Assembly: GCF_009914755.1 (NCBI RefSeq)
Contig: NC_060947.1
DNA length: 64,000 bases
Reading direction: 5' to 3' (one strand)
From: the human T2T-CHM13v2.0 reference genome, Homo sapiens
Position 1 is the first letter of the stretch. Each line of letters opens with the position of its first letter. A model generated the notes under the pieces. That model worked only from the letters and a program-made list of their open reading frames with translations. It had not been told where the DNA came from and made no database searches. Positions 11,937 through 28,960 of this stretch are shown piece after piece. The position numbers and the translations under genes are program-made.

Positions 11937-13741
11937 TTGGCTTCCAAGAAGGGATCAGAGCACCCCTGCTGAGAACCACTGCTCCATGATGCCATAGGAT
12001 GAAGTTGTCAAGGGTATTGGCGTTGGTATCAGAGAGGCTGGAGTTTGAACACCAGACCTGTCACTGTGTAAGCAGTCTTTGGTAAGATACTTAAGTCTTC
12101 TAATTCAATCCCACAAACACGTATTGGATGTACTCTATGCTAAGTACTGTTCCAGGAGCTTAGGCAGTATAGTAGTGGACGAATAGATAGAAATCCCTGC
12201 CTTTATGATGCTTATGTTCTAAGAGGGGGAGATAAATGACAAACAATTAAATAAGTATACTATGATGTGCTAGGAGGTGGTAAGTGTCACGGATTAAAGA
12301 AAAGGTCAAGCAGGGTCTTCAGACATGGGAATGCTGGGGAGAGGGTACAGGCTGCAGTATCAAACAGGGAGGTCAGGCTATGCCTTGCTGAGAAGGTGAC
12401 ATCTGAGCACAGAATAAAAGGGAACTAGCCACATGACTATCTGTGATAGGTCGAAGCAGTACTGATGAGATCAAGCAATGGGGAGGTAGCAGAGGATGTG
12501 GTGAAGAATGGTTGACTTGTCAATTTTTGAAGGTGGATCCATCCTAATTTCATGATAGATTGGGTATGGTGAATGAAAAAGAAAGATATCAAGAATATCT
12601 ACAAGGATTAAGATACTACCTACATCCGAGAAAGGGTATAATTTGGAGCAGGCTTTCCTTTGTTCTTACCCTTTTAAAAAAATTGTAAATTGGCAAATTA
12701 TACTTGTTACATTTATGGGGCACAAAGTGATATTATGATATATGCATAAAATACTTTCTTACATTTTCATTGTGGGGAAAGATCAGGAGCAGTGTTTTGG
12801 ACATATCAAGATGCCGATTTGAAATCCTTGTGGAGGCCAAATGTGGTGGCTCACACCTGTAACCCCAGCACTTTGGGAGGCCAAGGGAGGCAGATCACTT
12901 GAGGTCAGGAGTTCGAGACCAGCATGGCCAACATGGCAAAATCCCGTCTCTACTAAAAATACAAAAAATAACCAGGCATGGTGGCACACACCTGTAATCT
13001 CAGCTAGTCTGGAGGCTGAGACATGAGAATCTCTAGGACCCAGGAGGTGGAGGTTGCAGTGAGCTGAGATTATGCCACTGCACTCCAGCCTATGTGACAG
13101 AGTAAAGACTCTGTCTCAAAAAATAAAATAAAATAAAGAAATTAAAGTGGAGATGATATTGAGTAGGAAGTTGGATACAGAAGTCTGAAGTTCAAGGGAA
13201 AAGTCCAAGCTGGAGATATAAATTTGGGAGTCATAGGTATAGAGATGGCCTACAAAGTCATGAGCTCAGATGAGACCACCTGGGAAGTAATAGAGATAGA
13301 GAAGAAATCCAATGACTGAGTCCCAAGGCCCCACAATATTAAGAGGTCAGAGAAGAGGCACAACTGGCAAAGGAGACTAAGGAGTGTTTGGTGAAGTTAG
13401 AGGAAAATCAAGAGATTATGATGTCCTGGAAACTAAGTGAAGAAAGCGTATTAAGGAGGAGGGAGTAATCCACTGTCTTAAATGCTGCTTCTGGGTCAAG
13501 GAAGATTATTATCCCCAAGCACTTAGAACAACACCTGGCATATAGCAGCCCTCATAAATGTTTGTTGGATTGAATTAAAATATTTAAGTATCTTGCCAAA
13601 AGTTAGGTACATAGTGACAGGTCTGGCATTCAAACTCCAGTCTCTCTCATACCAAAGCCCATGCCCTTGATGACTCCATCATCTGGCAGCATGGAGCAGT
13701 GGTTCTCAGCAGGGGTTCCCTGAGCCCTTCTTGGAAGCCAA
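11937..13741. repeat. 231-bp inverted duplication (arms 11937-12167 and 13511-13741)
   Basis: Ungapped hand alignment, ~47 mismatches in 231 bp. Confidence 0.92.
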
Positions 13742-13920
13742 CTTACAGATTGAGAAGGAGGAGGTTATTGGTGACTTAACCGGAGCAGTTTTTGTGGACT
13801 AGTACAGGAAAGAGCCTAACTAGAGTGGGTCTAAGGAAGAATTGGAGACAGAGTAGAGACAATGCTTTAGCGATGTTTGCTGTGAATAATAACAAAGAAA
13901 TGGGGTAATAACTGGTGGAT
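12100..13920 (-). mobile_element. L2 inserted into a MIR (MIR halves ~12000-12100 and ~13922-14060)
   Basis: Antisense L2 3' end 'aattcaatcccacaaacacgtattg'; MIR 'gatacttaagtcttct' resumes as 'aagcctcagttgtgctcatct'. Confidence 0.75.
12835..13138 (+). mobile_element. AluS (Sz/Sx-like)
   Basis: Full Alu with (TAAA)n tail. Confidence 0.95.
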
Positions 13921-14834
13921 GAAGCCTCAGTTGTGCTCATCTCTTAGGATTACTGAAAGAATTAAGAAGAGAGTCAATAAAAAGTTTTTGAATACTGTGC
14001 TAATACATGTATCATATCTATCACATAGTAGGCACTCAATATATGGTAGCCATTATTTTAATAATGTTTATGCTAGAATTAAAAGCATATTCTGATACCA
14101 TTTAAAACCATATAGATTTTCATGTCTCAGACAAAGAGATGAGTCATTGTGTGGGGGAGCAAAACAAATCACAAAATGAGTTTTGCTGTAGTGCACATCA
14201 AACCACTTCTCACACGATGACCTCCAAAGAACACATCTGCTGAGCTTTCTTCACATTTGTGTTCCCTAGGATGCAGTAATTACATGTAACTACCAGAGGC
14301 CTAGGAAAAAAACTTCTTTCAAAAACACAATCTTCTCTCAAAATGAGAGAAGCATCTCCATGAACAAGCATATCTCTTGAATGTGACAGGGCCATAAAGT
14401 TTCCTTTTCTGTTTCTTGTAAACACATTATTCTTTTCTCTCTCATTCCCCTAATTGCCAAGTTAAATGTCATAGAAGTAAACTGACATGCGAGAATTTTC
14501 TCCTGCCCAAACCAATGCTCCTTAAATCTTTTATAGATGGTGAACAAACAATATTACATAAACTACAAGTTATGAAAACTGAGCAAACTTAAGGAGAGTT
14601 TAGTTGTGAAACAAAGCAAAACTTAAAATGAAGTTATTCTGACAAGTATATATTGATATGCATAATTGTTAGGGTGCCATATGTTAATTAGGCGTAAGTG
14701 GTAAGAGGCTGGCATGAGAGATTGGAATTATTCTTTTACACAACTGAGCCTGATTGTGTCCCTCCTCTTTGTTAATTATTCAAGTGCTAATATTTCTATT
14801 GACAAAGATGTTTTCCAAACAACACATTCTTTAA

Positions 14835-15198
14835 AAATTTTTTTTTATTTCAATAGCTTTTGGGGTACAAATGGTTTTGGTTACATGGATAAATTGTACA
14901 GTGGTGAAGTCTGAGATTTTAGTGCATCTCTCACCCGAGTAGTGTACATTGTACCCAATATATAGTTTTTTATCCCTCATCCTCCTCTCACCCTTCCCCC
15001 TTCTGAGTCTCCAGAGTCCATTATACCATTCTGTATGCCTTTGGGTACCCATAGCTTAGCTCCCACTTGCAAGTGAGAACATACAGTATTTGGTTTTCCA
15101 TTCCTGTGTTACTTCACTTAGAATAATGGCCTCCAGCTCCATCTAAGTTGCTGCAAAAGACATTATTTCATTCTTTTTATGGCTGAGTAGTATTCTAT

Positions 15199-15232
<34 letters not shown>

Positions 15233-15742
15233 CATATATATATATATCACATTTTCTTTATCTAGTCGTCAGTCAAGAGCACTTGTGTTGGTTCCATATC
15301 TTTGCATCGTGAATTGTGCTGCTATAAACATACATGTGCATGTGTCTTTTTCATGTAATGGCCTATTTTCCTTTGGGTAGATACCCAGTAGTGGGGTTTG
15401 CTGGGTCAAATACTAGATCTACTTTTAGATCTTCAAGAAATCCCCATACTGTTTTCCATAGAGGTTGTACTAATTTACATTCCTACCAGCAGTGTATAAG
15501 CATTCCCTTTTCCCCAAATCCACACTAACATCTTTGGGTTTTGACTTTTTAGTAATGGCCGTTCTTGTGGGAGTAAGGTGGTATCTCACGAGTGTGGTTG
15601 TAATTTGCATTTCCCTGATGATTAGTGATGTTGAGCATTTTTCATATGTTTGTCGGCCATTTGTATATCCACTTTTGAGAAATGTCTATTCGTATCATTT
15701 GTTAACTTTTTCATGAGATATTTTTCTTGCTGATTTGTTTGA
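14835..15742 (-). mobile_element. L1PB (PB1-like) 3' end containing (TG)n at ~15199-15230
   Basis: 'tttcaatagcttttggggtacaa...gtggtgaagtctgagattttagtgca'; TSD aaacaacacattct / aaacaacaccttct. Confidence 0.9.
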
Positions 15743-15799
15743 GAAAAACAACACCTTCTATTCTGTTTGTTTCTTTGCTTATTTGTTAATTCCTTCCTG

Positions 15800-16770
15800 T
15801 TTCAAAGGAAAAGGTGTCCTTCCTTTCTAAGACACATCCTTACCTCACCTCCCCAGGGACCTACCTCCATTAATGTCATTTTTTTCTCCCATCACCCAAA
15901 TCTGTCCTGCTCTGGTCAGCATGCCCAAGCTTCTGGCATACTAAAAGTCCTTCCTGAGAATCTGTCTCCTCCTCAAGACATCAACTCATTTTTGTTTCTT
16001 CCATCACCAAACCCCTCGTAGTCTTCAGTGTTTCATTTTGCAGCCATTCTTTATTCTCCTAAAACCAGATCTTTCCTCCCCTGTGCCACTGAAACTGCTC
16101 TGGTGAAGATAACCAAGGACCTAGTAACTGACTAATCTGCTGATTTCCTTTCAGCCCTTATCCTCTGCAACCTCTTGTAGCATCCCAAACTCTTGGCAAC
16201 CCACTCCATCCTGAACTCTGTCCTTTCTCAGCTTCCTTGATACCACTCTATCCTGGCTCTTGTTGGCCTTTCCCAGGGTCCTCTCCTCAGTCTTCTCCTC
16301 TCCTTTCTCTATGTTCTCCCTGAGAGATGTAATTCACTTCTGTGGCTTTCATTATAATAAGCTGATAATTTCTACATCTATATCTCCAGCCCAAACCCCT
16401 CCACTAAACTCCAGCCCTATATTTCCAACTCCTGTTGAACATCAGCACCTACATTATTCATAAGCACCTCCAACTCAACATGTTCATATTCAAACTAATG
16501 ATCTTCATCTCCTCAGTCCCAGCCAGTGCCCAAACTAGAGATCTGGGAATCATTCTCAATTCTCCCCAGTCTCTGGCCACCCATGTTTAATTTGTTCCTC
16601 AATTCTGAAATACCTCTGAAATCCTTCCTTTCCTCTTCTCCACATTCCATAGGCTTGGTTCAGGACCTCTGCATCTTTTACATGAAATCTCCCCTCCCCT
16701 TCTCGGCCCCTACCACCTGTACTGACTTTAACCACACTGAGCTCCTTAGTCTTCTCTGAATGCCCAATAA
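15800..16770 (+). mobile_element. L2 LINE fragment
   Basis: CT-rich L2 ORF2 motifs 'ccactgaaactgctctggtgaag', 'tatatctccagccc...ctccaactcaacatg'. Confidence 0.8.
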
Positions 16771-17969
16771 CTTTTTTACACTAAAGAACAGAGTCTAACC
16801 TACTTTTCTGAAATGTATTTCTTATATTGCAGAAAATGTCATCTGCATTCAACTTACAGTATATGCAGACTCCAAGCCAGTTATGTGCTATAACTGAATA
16901 TTCAGTGCATGGAGGCTCTGGGGCAGATGGGTTACAATGTACTTTGTTGCACTAACAGGGCCCAGATGAGTCCCTTCAGGTCTCTGGCTCACCTGCTTGT
17001 GACCCCCTCCCTCTGCCCCTCTCTGGAAGTATTATGCAGATTATATAAGAGGGAGACTAATGACTGGATTTCATTCGGGGAACTCTTGTCTTGTTCTGTG
17101 CAATGGAAATTTGTAAAAAGAAAATGTCCATTCTCTTGCCCAAAGCAAAATGGAACCCCACGGTGAGCTGGAGAAAGCAGGCTTAATTCCCTGGCAGCAG
17201 CCTTTCCCGGTGCCCTCCACTCACCCTATTTGGAGAGAATAGATCTGATTGCAGGCTCTCTCAGCTCATTGTTAAGAATTATTTAGATTTAACAAAAGTG
17301 TATTTTTTAAAGTCTCTGTCTCATTGTTACATTTTTCTTTCAGAAAAGAAACCCTAGCACAGTACACTATTTCTTACCTCTTTCTCTCATTTCTCCAGCC
17401 AGAGCACAACTGTAGATCTTAACCACATAATTCCTGGGAGATTATAAGGTCTTTTCACCTCCCATGGTAGTCTGTGGGACTCCTCTTTCCAAACCCATTC
17501 ATTCACTTTTTTTTTTTCCATTCAGTCTGTCAGTTCATCAGTGAGTTAGCAAGCATTAACAGCTGTGCATTGGCCACTGTGGTAGTCCCTGAGACAGGCG
17601 AAGGGGAGGGAGATATAAATGAAACTAGACCCCCTTTAAAAGGTCCACAATTCACTGAGGGAGATAGGCACCTCTGCCTGGAGAGACACTCTTGTCCTCT
17701 GTGTGGGCAATTCCTTATCTTTCGACACTTAACTCAAATATCACAGGCAGAGTTGTTTGCTGCTACTCTGTGCTCCCCCAGGTGTTTTGTGTACATCTTC
17801 ATTGGGGTGCTTGCTGCATTGGATTGAATGTTCTCTGTTATCTCTAGACAGTGACTTCCTTGAGAACAGGGACTGTGACATACTGAACTTTAGATGTGTA
17901 GGGTTTAGTACATCAGAGACGGCTCAAACCATCTCTGTTGAATCAAGTAATGTAAGAACAGTAAAAGGT

Positions 17970-18361
<392 letters not shown>

Positions 18362-18488
18362 TCACCTGTGCTCTAAGTGCCCTCTTCTCCAGCCAGGCAA
18401 ACCTGCTTGCCATTCCACAGCTAATCAGGGATTCACATTGCTCCAACTCCCAGAGATCCTGCTCTTAGCTTATCTCTCCGTTGGAGCC

Positions 18489-18638
18489 CAGGGCTTCTCA
18501 AATCACGTGGGGGATCTTATTATAACACAGATTCTGAGTCAGTAGGTTTGGAAGTGGGGCCTGGGATTCTGTGTATCTAACGTGCTCCTGGGTAAAAGCC
18601 GATGCTACTAGTCCAAGAACCACACTTCGGGTAGCAAA
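18489..18638. mobile_element. MER5A (hAT-Charlie MITE)
   Basis: 'cttctcaaa...cagattctgagtcagtaggt...ggggcctgggattctg...accacactt...tagcaa'. Confidence 0.8.
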
Positions 18639-19159
18639 GACTCCAGCTAGCTTTTCCTAGTCTTGGGTCTTCTAGTCACCTAAGTCAGGACCACCATGTA
18701 TGGTTATGTAGAAATGCTTTGTGCCAAAGCACCCAGCCAAGGAGATCAGTGCTGGTTGAAATCTAAACCATGCTCACCCCAGCCCTGCACTCTGGTACTG
18801 GCCACATCCAAAGGGTGGAAGGGGCACACTTCCCCATTTTTTTCCAGTTCCCACAAGGGTTCTATAAGCTACTTCCACCCTCAGGACTATATCCATTAGA
18901 AGTAAGCACCTTTTCTAATTGATACAAAGGTGCCATATGGTCCAGCAGCCTTGGCCATGGGTGACACCCCAACCCACCTCACCATTTATCCTTTGCTCCT
19001 TTCTGACTGATCCCTCAGGAGGATGGTTTTATATGTGATTTGACTCAGCTCCGTCTCTTTTATGTGCACGCCTGCATTTGCTGATATGTGAAAAGTAACA
19101 GGATGTAAAAGAGCACTGTACTCTTCATCAAAAGCCTTCCTTTTTTTAACTAACTTCAT

Positions 19160-19370
19160 GACTACAGGCAAAGTACATAAACCCTCTGAGCCTTGCTTTC
19201 CTCATTTATCAAATGAGTACTGGTAAGATCTACTTTACTGGCTTCTCTAGGTTATTGTAAGGATCAAAATCAGCAACCTAAGGGAAAGCCCTTTGTAAAT
19301 TGTAAGGTTCTGTATGAAGTTAAGGATTATTACAAAGGGACTAGATGGTATATCTTTAAATCCCTTTGCA
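19160..19370 (+). mobile_element. MIR
   Basis: 'ctctgagccttgctttcctcatttatcaaatgag...gttattgtaaggatcaaa'. Confidence 0.65.
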
Positions 19371-19948
19371 ATTCTCCCCAGCTCCAGAGCTCAGTGCCCT
19401 GCATGTGGTGGCTTCAGAGCCCACTACTGGTTGACTAACCCAGGCATGAGCACTCTCTGAATTCTTTCTAACAAAGCCCAGCTTACCTTGGTGAATAGTG
19501 CTGTGTGCTAACTTCTGTAGAAACTGTGACCCAACTCCATCAGCCTGCATATTCAGCAAGAAGATAACATCTACAATGTGATCACACAACAGTTTAATGG
19601 GAATTAGGCAGTATAGAAACACCAAAGTAAAGACACCAAATTCCAAATAGATGGTTTCAAGAGTAATCTCTCACTGCTATTTTTTTTCGGATTTGTAGGG
19701 TTGACTCACCTGTTTATATGCTAAAAAGAACCCCCTTATTTTGATTTCTGAATACTTTTTCTCCTAGTAGTCAAACTTATTATGGAATAAAACATTTTGA
19801 TAATTGCTTTTTAATATGATGAGAGGTTGGAACCCTTCCCAATGACAAGGAAATGAGGGAATATAATGGAATGATGTCTTGTAATTTTTATAACTTCCAA
19901 ATAGCAAATGAGAGAGTTGTTCATTTATTCACTGAAGTTTCCTTCCAG

Positions 19949-20002
19949 AATCACAGAATTACTCCTACACAGCAATTAGAAGAGGAAGATGAATGTTTAA
20001 GC
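19949..20002 (+). CDS. Weak candidate internal exon (54 nt): NHRITPTQQLEEEDECLS
   Basis: Acceptor 'actgaagtttccttccag|', purine-rich GAAGAGGAAGATGAA body, only one open frame, donor 'AGC|GTTAGC'. Confidence 0.3.
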
Positions 20003-20294
20003 GTTAGCTGTAGCTTGTCTTTCTGGGGAGGAGGGGACTAGGGTTTAAGTTATTGGCAATGGGAAAAGTTAATTAACGAATAGAAAATTTTAGATATTAC
20101 TTATCTATATTCTGAAAAGGTTTTCTAAATTGAGAAATTGAATAAACCTTGACTGTAATTCTCAAAGAGTTTCTTTTAAAAATGAAGCCAAGGTAAATAA
20201 TCTAGATGTTTGTATTTTAAGTGTTAATATTAGCTTTAAAAATATGGTTCTTTCGGAATTGGGAGCTTTCCTACTTATCACTTTTCAGAGTCCA

Positions 20295-20480
20295 CAGCTA
20301 GGCAGCTCAGTAGGTAGGAGCCACATGTTCAGTCCCCTGTAGGCCTCTCAGCTGCTGTCCATTCTAACGTCACAGCCAACCTTGCCAGTGTGTGTCATGG
20401 CTCACAAAGGTACTGGCCAAGAGAGTGGGGAAGGCTTCAAACAGAAACCATTCTCACTTCTGAAGAAACAGCTCAGAGTT
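20295..20480 (+). mobile_element. Ancient tRNA-derived SINE (MamSINE1-like)
   Basis: tRNA-like head 'gctaggcagctcagtaggtaggagc...gttcagtccc' and body 'cacaaagg...gagagtgggg...gaagaaacagctcagag'. Confidence 0.5.
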
Positions 20481-21062
20481 GATGACTTACTCCCAGTGCC
20501 ACATTTTCTTTTACACAAGGAGAGATTTGTAACCCATCATGAATTATTTTCTTAATTGCGAGAAAGGCCAGAACGAATTTCAGCATTCAGTTGCAGTAAC
20601 TTCTTTATCTTTAGTTCCTAGTCCATTCATGTTTCTCCTTTTCTGATGGAGTTATGGAGTTGCAGATATTTTTCTTATCTTTACTTTAACCCACCTGGCT
20701 ATATTCCTGTATTCATTCTCGCGCTCTCTCTGTCTCTCTCCCTCACTGTAAGCTGCTTCAATTCCTCTTTAGAAGTTGGTAGCTGTTAGATTTAGGGACA
20801 GATGACTCACTTGGTAGTGTATCTCAGTGGGCAAAGGTTACTTCATCTTTTACTTTGAAATTTTATTTCTTTTTGACACTTCTCTTCATCTCTACTTGAT
20901 ATTTTTTTCTCACCTGTGTCCTTTATCAGTTAGCTCTGAGAAAGGAATAACAAAAAATTAATGAAAAAGGACAACACGTCTGTCAATATCCTGTGTTTTT
21001 TTAGCTCCTCTGAGAGCATTGCTGTTTTGCTGAAGGTTGTGTATTTCTGCTTAGAGTGAAAA

Positions 21063-21065
<3 letters not shown>

Positions 21066-21102
<37 letters not shown>
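21066..21102 (+). repeat. Isolated A37 tract
   Basis: Direct count; no attached Alu or L1 body. Confidence 0.95.
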
Positions 21103-21105
<3 letters not shown>

Positions 21106-21339
21106 TTTGAAGATGTATTTTATTTCTTCTTGCTGTAAACCAAGAGATTAGTTATTACAACAAAGTCACTCATTTGCTATTTTCTTCAAACCCCTCCCTA
21201 ATCCAAATATACATGATTTTCAAGCCACACAATTATTTTTTTCTGGTGTCTAAATAAAAGAGATTTTCCCCCCGTCTGCTGTCTTAGTGTTTTACATGCT
21301 ATGGTTTGTCTCCATCATTTATTCATAAACTCATCCTTC

Positions 21340-21865
21340 AATAATCATTCATTCATTCAAAAACATTTATCAAGAGCCTCACTTTGTGCTAGGTCCTTTG
21401 CCAGGCCCTGAGGACACAAAGATAAATAGGACAGAGATTAAAAATCCCTATCCTCAAGGAACTGGGTATAAGGAAGAAACAAAACTGTCCTCAAAGAGTT
21501 TACACATCAGTCAGAGATACAGACACAGACACAAATAACTACAATGCAACATATAATTTATGTGCTATGAAGGATATAAGTAAAGTTTATGACAACACAG
21601 AGATGCAGTGACTAATGCTAAGTTGGGGAGGATGAGGAAGGCTTCACAGAGGAAGCAGTTTTTAAGTTGATTCTTGAAAAGTGAGTTCATCGTCAAAGTC
21701 CGAAGGTATGGGAGAAAGGCATTCCAGGCCGAAGGGGCAGCATAAGGAAAACCTTAGAGGTATGGAAGTGCTTGCTGTGTTCGTGTTGTTAGATGAGGGG
21801 AGGATGGTGAGAGAGGAGGCTGGGAAAGAAATTGAAGCATTCAGAAGGCCAGGCTAAGGTTTCTA
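21340..21865 (-). mobile_element. L2 3' end
   Basis: 'cattcattcattcaaaaacatttatcaagagcc...gaggaaggcttcacagagga'. Confidence 0.8.
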
Positions 21866-22863
21866 AGGATCAGCCAGCACTCAGAGACCTTCTCAATTGG
21901 CTTTCAAACTTCTTTCCATCTTATTCCAGTTGTTGTCTCCCATTTTCCATGCCATTGTTGTTGGTGGGTATAGTGAATGAACTGGATTCCATGGTTTGAT
22001 TTTCAGTACTCATTAAGGACTTGTACCTTGGCTTCTTTTTGCTTCTCGCTGCCTTGGGTCATAACTCACTTTCGCCTCCAGCCCTCGGGATCCAAAGCCA
22101 ACCACCTTTGGCCTGTATCCTGGTTAAGTCTCTGCTCCTATCCCCAATTTTCCTGTATTCCTAAGAAAGGGCATGGAGCAATGTGTTCAGACAGAGTCTG
22201 TGCTAGTAGCATGGTGCTATGGAATGCTGACTAGTACAGTCTAACTTGCTGTTGCTAGAGGCTGGGTGTGTTCTTGCACCAAAGATCACCCCAAAAAGGA
22301 GAATAAAAGTGAAATGAACTTCATATTTTAGAAAATTGGGTTTTGAAACCTCAAGATTCTGTTCATAAGGACAAATATCACAATATCATGGCACCAGTTG
22401 CTTCTTGGAAAATAAAATAGGAAAATGTGAATGATTGAGCTGCAGTAAAGATGGGCTGATTTTCATCTGAAATATATTTCTTTTATCTGCATTTTTTCGT
22501 TATATAGGTTGCATGGAAAAGTTTAAAAGTATGTATCTGTTCAGTACCATAAAGATATATATCAATTCAGCACTAAATAAAGGTATACGTCATTGATATC
22601 TTTAGGCATTCTAGTGTAGTAGTTCATATTTTGTCTGTTTTTTTTTTGTCTTTTTTTCTTTCTACTTTAAGTTTTAGGGTACATGTGCACATTGTGCAGG
22701 TTAGTTACATATGTATACATGTGCCATGCTGGTGAGCTGCACCCACTAACTCGTCATCTAGCATTAGGTATATCTCCCGATGCTATCCCTCCCCCCTCCC
22801 CCCACCCCACAACAGTCCCCAGAGTGTGATATTCCCCTTCCTGTGTCCATGTGATCTCATTGT

Positions 22864-26718
<3,855 letters not shown>

Positions 26719-26754
26719 TTAGTTGATGCAGTTTCTTCCTAGTCTCGATGGTCT

Positions 26755-27771
26755 TTACATTTTGGCATGATTTTGCAGCGGCTGGTACTGGTTGTTCCTT
26801 TCCATGTTTAGTGCTTCCTTCAGGAGCTCTTGTAAGGCAGGCCTGGTGGTGACAAAATCTCTCAGCATTTGCTTGTCTGTAAAGTATTTTATTTCTCCTT
26901 CACTTATGAAGCTTAGTTTGGCTGGATATGAAATTCTGGGTTGAAAATTCTTTTCTTTAAGAATGTTGAATATTGGCCCCCACTCTCTTCTGGCTTGTAG
27001 GGTTTCTGCCGAGAGATCCGCTGTTAGTCTGATGGGCTTCCCTTTGAGGGTAACCCGACCTTTCTCTCTGGCTGCCCTTAACATTTTTTCCTTCATTTCA
27101 ACTTTGGTGAATCTGACAATTATGTGTCTTGGAGTTGCTCTTCTCGAGGAGTATCTTTGTGGTGTTCTCTGTATTTCCTGAATCTGAACGTTGGCCTGCC
27201 TTGCTAGATTGGGGAAGTTCTCCTGGATAATATCCTGCAGAGTGTTTTCCAACTTGGTTCCATTCTCCCCATCACTTTCAGGTACACCAATCAGACGTAG
27301 ATTTGGTCTTTTCACATAGTCCCATATTTCTTGGAGGCTTTGCTCATTTCTTTTTATTCTTTTTTCTCTAAACTTCCCTTCTCACTTCATTTCATTCATT
27401 TCATCTTCCATCGCTGATACCCTTTCTTCCAGTTGATCGCATCGGCTCCTGAGGCTTCTGCATTCTTCACGTAGTTCTCAAGCCTTGGTTTTCAGCTCCA
27501 TCAGCTCCTTTAAGCACTTCTCTGTATTGGTTATTCTAGTTATACATTCTTCTAAATTTTTTTCAAAGTTTTCAACTTCTTTGCCTTTGGTTTGAATGTC
27601 CTCCCGTAGCTCAGAGTAATTTGATCGTCTGAAGCCTTCTTCTCTCAGCTCGTCAAAGTCATTCTCCATCCAGCTTTGTTCCGTTGCTGGTGAGGAACTG
27701 CGTTCCTTTGGAGGAGGAGAGGCGCTCTGCTTTTTAGAGTTTCCAGTTTTTCTGTTCTGTTTTTTCCCCAT
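26755..27771 (-). pseudogene. ORF1p: L1 ORF1; full 1017-nt frame with stops at codons 98 and 130
   Basis: MGKKQNRKTGNSK...YPAKLS...QNHAKM; TGA at 27480-27478 and 27384-27382, both at consensus CGA codons. Confidence 0.96.
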
Positions 27772-28226
27772 CTTTGTGGTTTTATCTACTTTTGGTCTTT
27801 GATGATGGTGATGTACAGATGGGTTTTTGGTGTGGATGTCCTTTCTGTTTGTTAGTTTTCCTTCTAACAGAGAGGACCCTCAGCTGCAGGTCTGTTGGAG
27901 TACCCTGCCGTGTGAGGTGTCAGTGTGCCCCTGCTGGGGGGTGCCTCCCAGTTAGGCTGCTCGGGGGTCAGGGGTCAGGGACCCACTTGAGGAGGCAGTC
28001 TGCCCGTTCTCAGACCTCCAGCTGCGTGCTGGGAGAACCACTGCTCTCTTCAAAGCTGTCAGACAGGGACGTTTAAGTCTGCAGCGGTTACTGCTGTCTT
28101 GTTGTTTGTCTGTGCCCTGCCCCCAGAGGTGGAGCCTACAGAGGCAGGCAGGCCTCCTTGAGCTGTGGTGGGCTCCACCCAGTTCGAGCTTCCCGGCTGC
28201 TTTGTTTACCTAAGCAAGCCTGGGCA

Positions 28227-28409
28227 ATGGCGGGCGCCCCTCCCCCAGCCTCGTTACCACCTTGCAGTTTGATCTCAGACTGCTGTGCTAGGAATCAGCG
28301 AGACTCCGTGGGCGTAGGACCCTCCGAGCCAGGTGCGGGATATAATCTCATGGTGCGCCGTTTTTTAAGCCTGTCGGAAAAGCACAGTATTCGGGTGGGA
28401 GTGACCTGA
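28227..28409 (+). CDS. ORF0: L1 antisense ORF0, 60 aa, C-terminally truncated; first splice donor intact
   Basis: MAGAPPPASLPPCSLISDCC...GVGPSEPGAGYNL; donor CAG|GTGCGG at 28332/28333. Confidence 0.8.
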   Translation: MAGAPPPASLPPCSLISDCCARNQRDSVGVGPSEPGAGYNLMVRRFLSLSEKHSIRVGVT

Positions 28410-28729
28410 TTTTCCAGGTGCTGTCCGTCACCCCTTTCTTTGACTCAGAAAGGGAACTCCCTGACCCCTTACACTTCCCAAGTGAGGCAATGCCTCGCCC
28501 TGCTTCGGCTCGCGCATGGTGCGCGCACCCACTGACCTGCGCCCACTGTCTGGCACTCCCTAGTGAGATGAACGCGGTACCTCAGATGGAAATGCAGAAA
28601 TCACCCGTCTTCTGCGTCGCTCACGCTGGGAGCTGTAGACCGGAGCTGTTCCTATTCGGCCATCTTGGCTTCTCCTCCCTGTTGTTGTTTTTTTTTTTTT
28701 TTTAACTTTCTTTTCCTTGGTGTAGGTTT

Positions 28730-28960
28730 GAGTGAGTAAGACAGATCTGGATTTGAATTCAGGTTTTGCCACATACTAGTCATGTGACCTAAAGCAAATC
28801 AGTTAATTTTTTGAAGTCTTAATTTCTTCTGTAATATGGAGATAATAAGCAGTACTTCATTATAGGGATATTGTGAAGATTATAAAAGATAATGCATATA
28901 AGACATTCAGCACAGTGCCTGATACATAGTAAGTATTCAGTAAGTTTTTATTATTGCTGT
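28730..28960 (+). mobile_element. MIR
   Basis: 'cagatctggatttgaattc...tgtgacct...gcacagtgcctgatacatagtaagtattcagtaa'. Confidence 0.8.

Noticed and set aside
20289-20313. 25-nt phase 0-to-1 micro-exon that would link 20002 to 37777
   Set aside because: Lies in the head of a tRNA-derived SINE; splice signals probably coincidental
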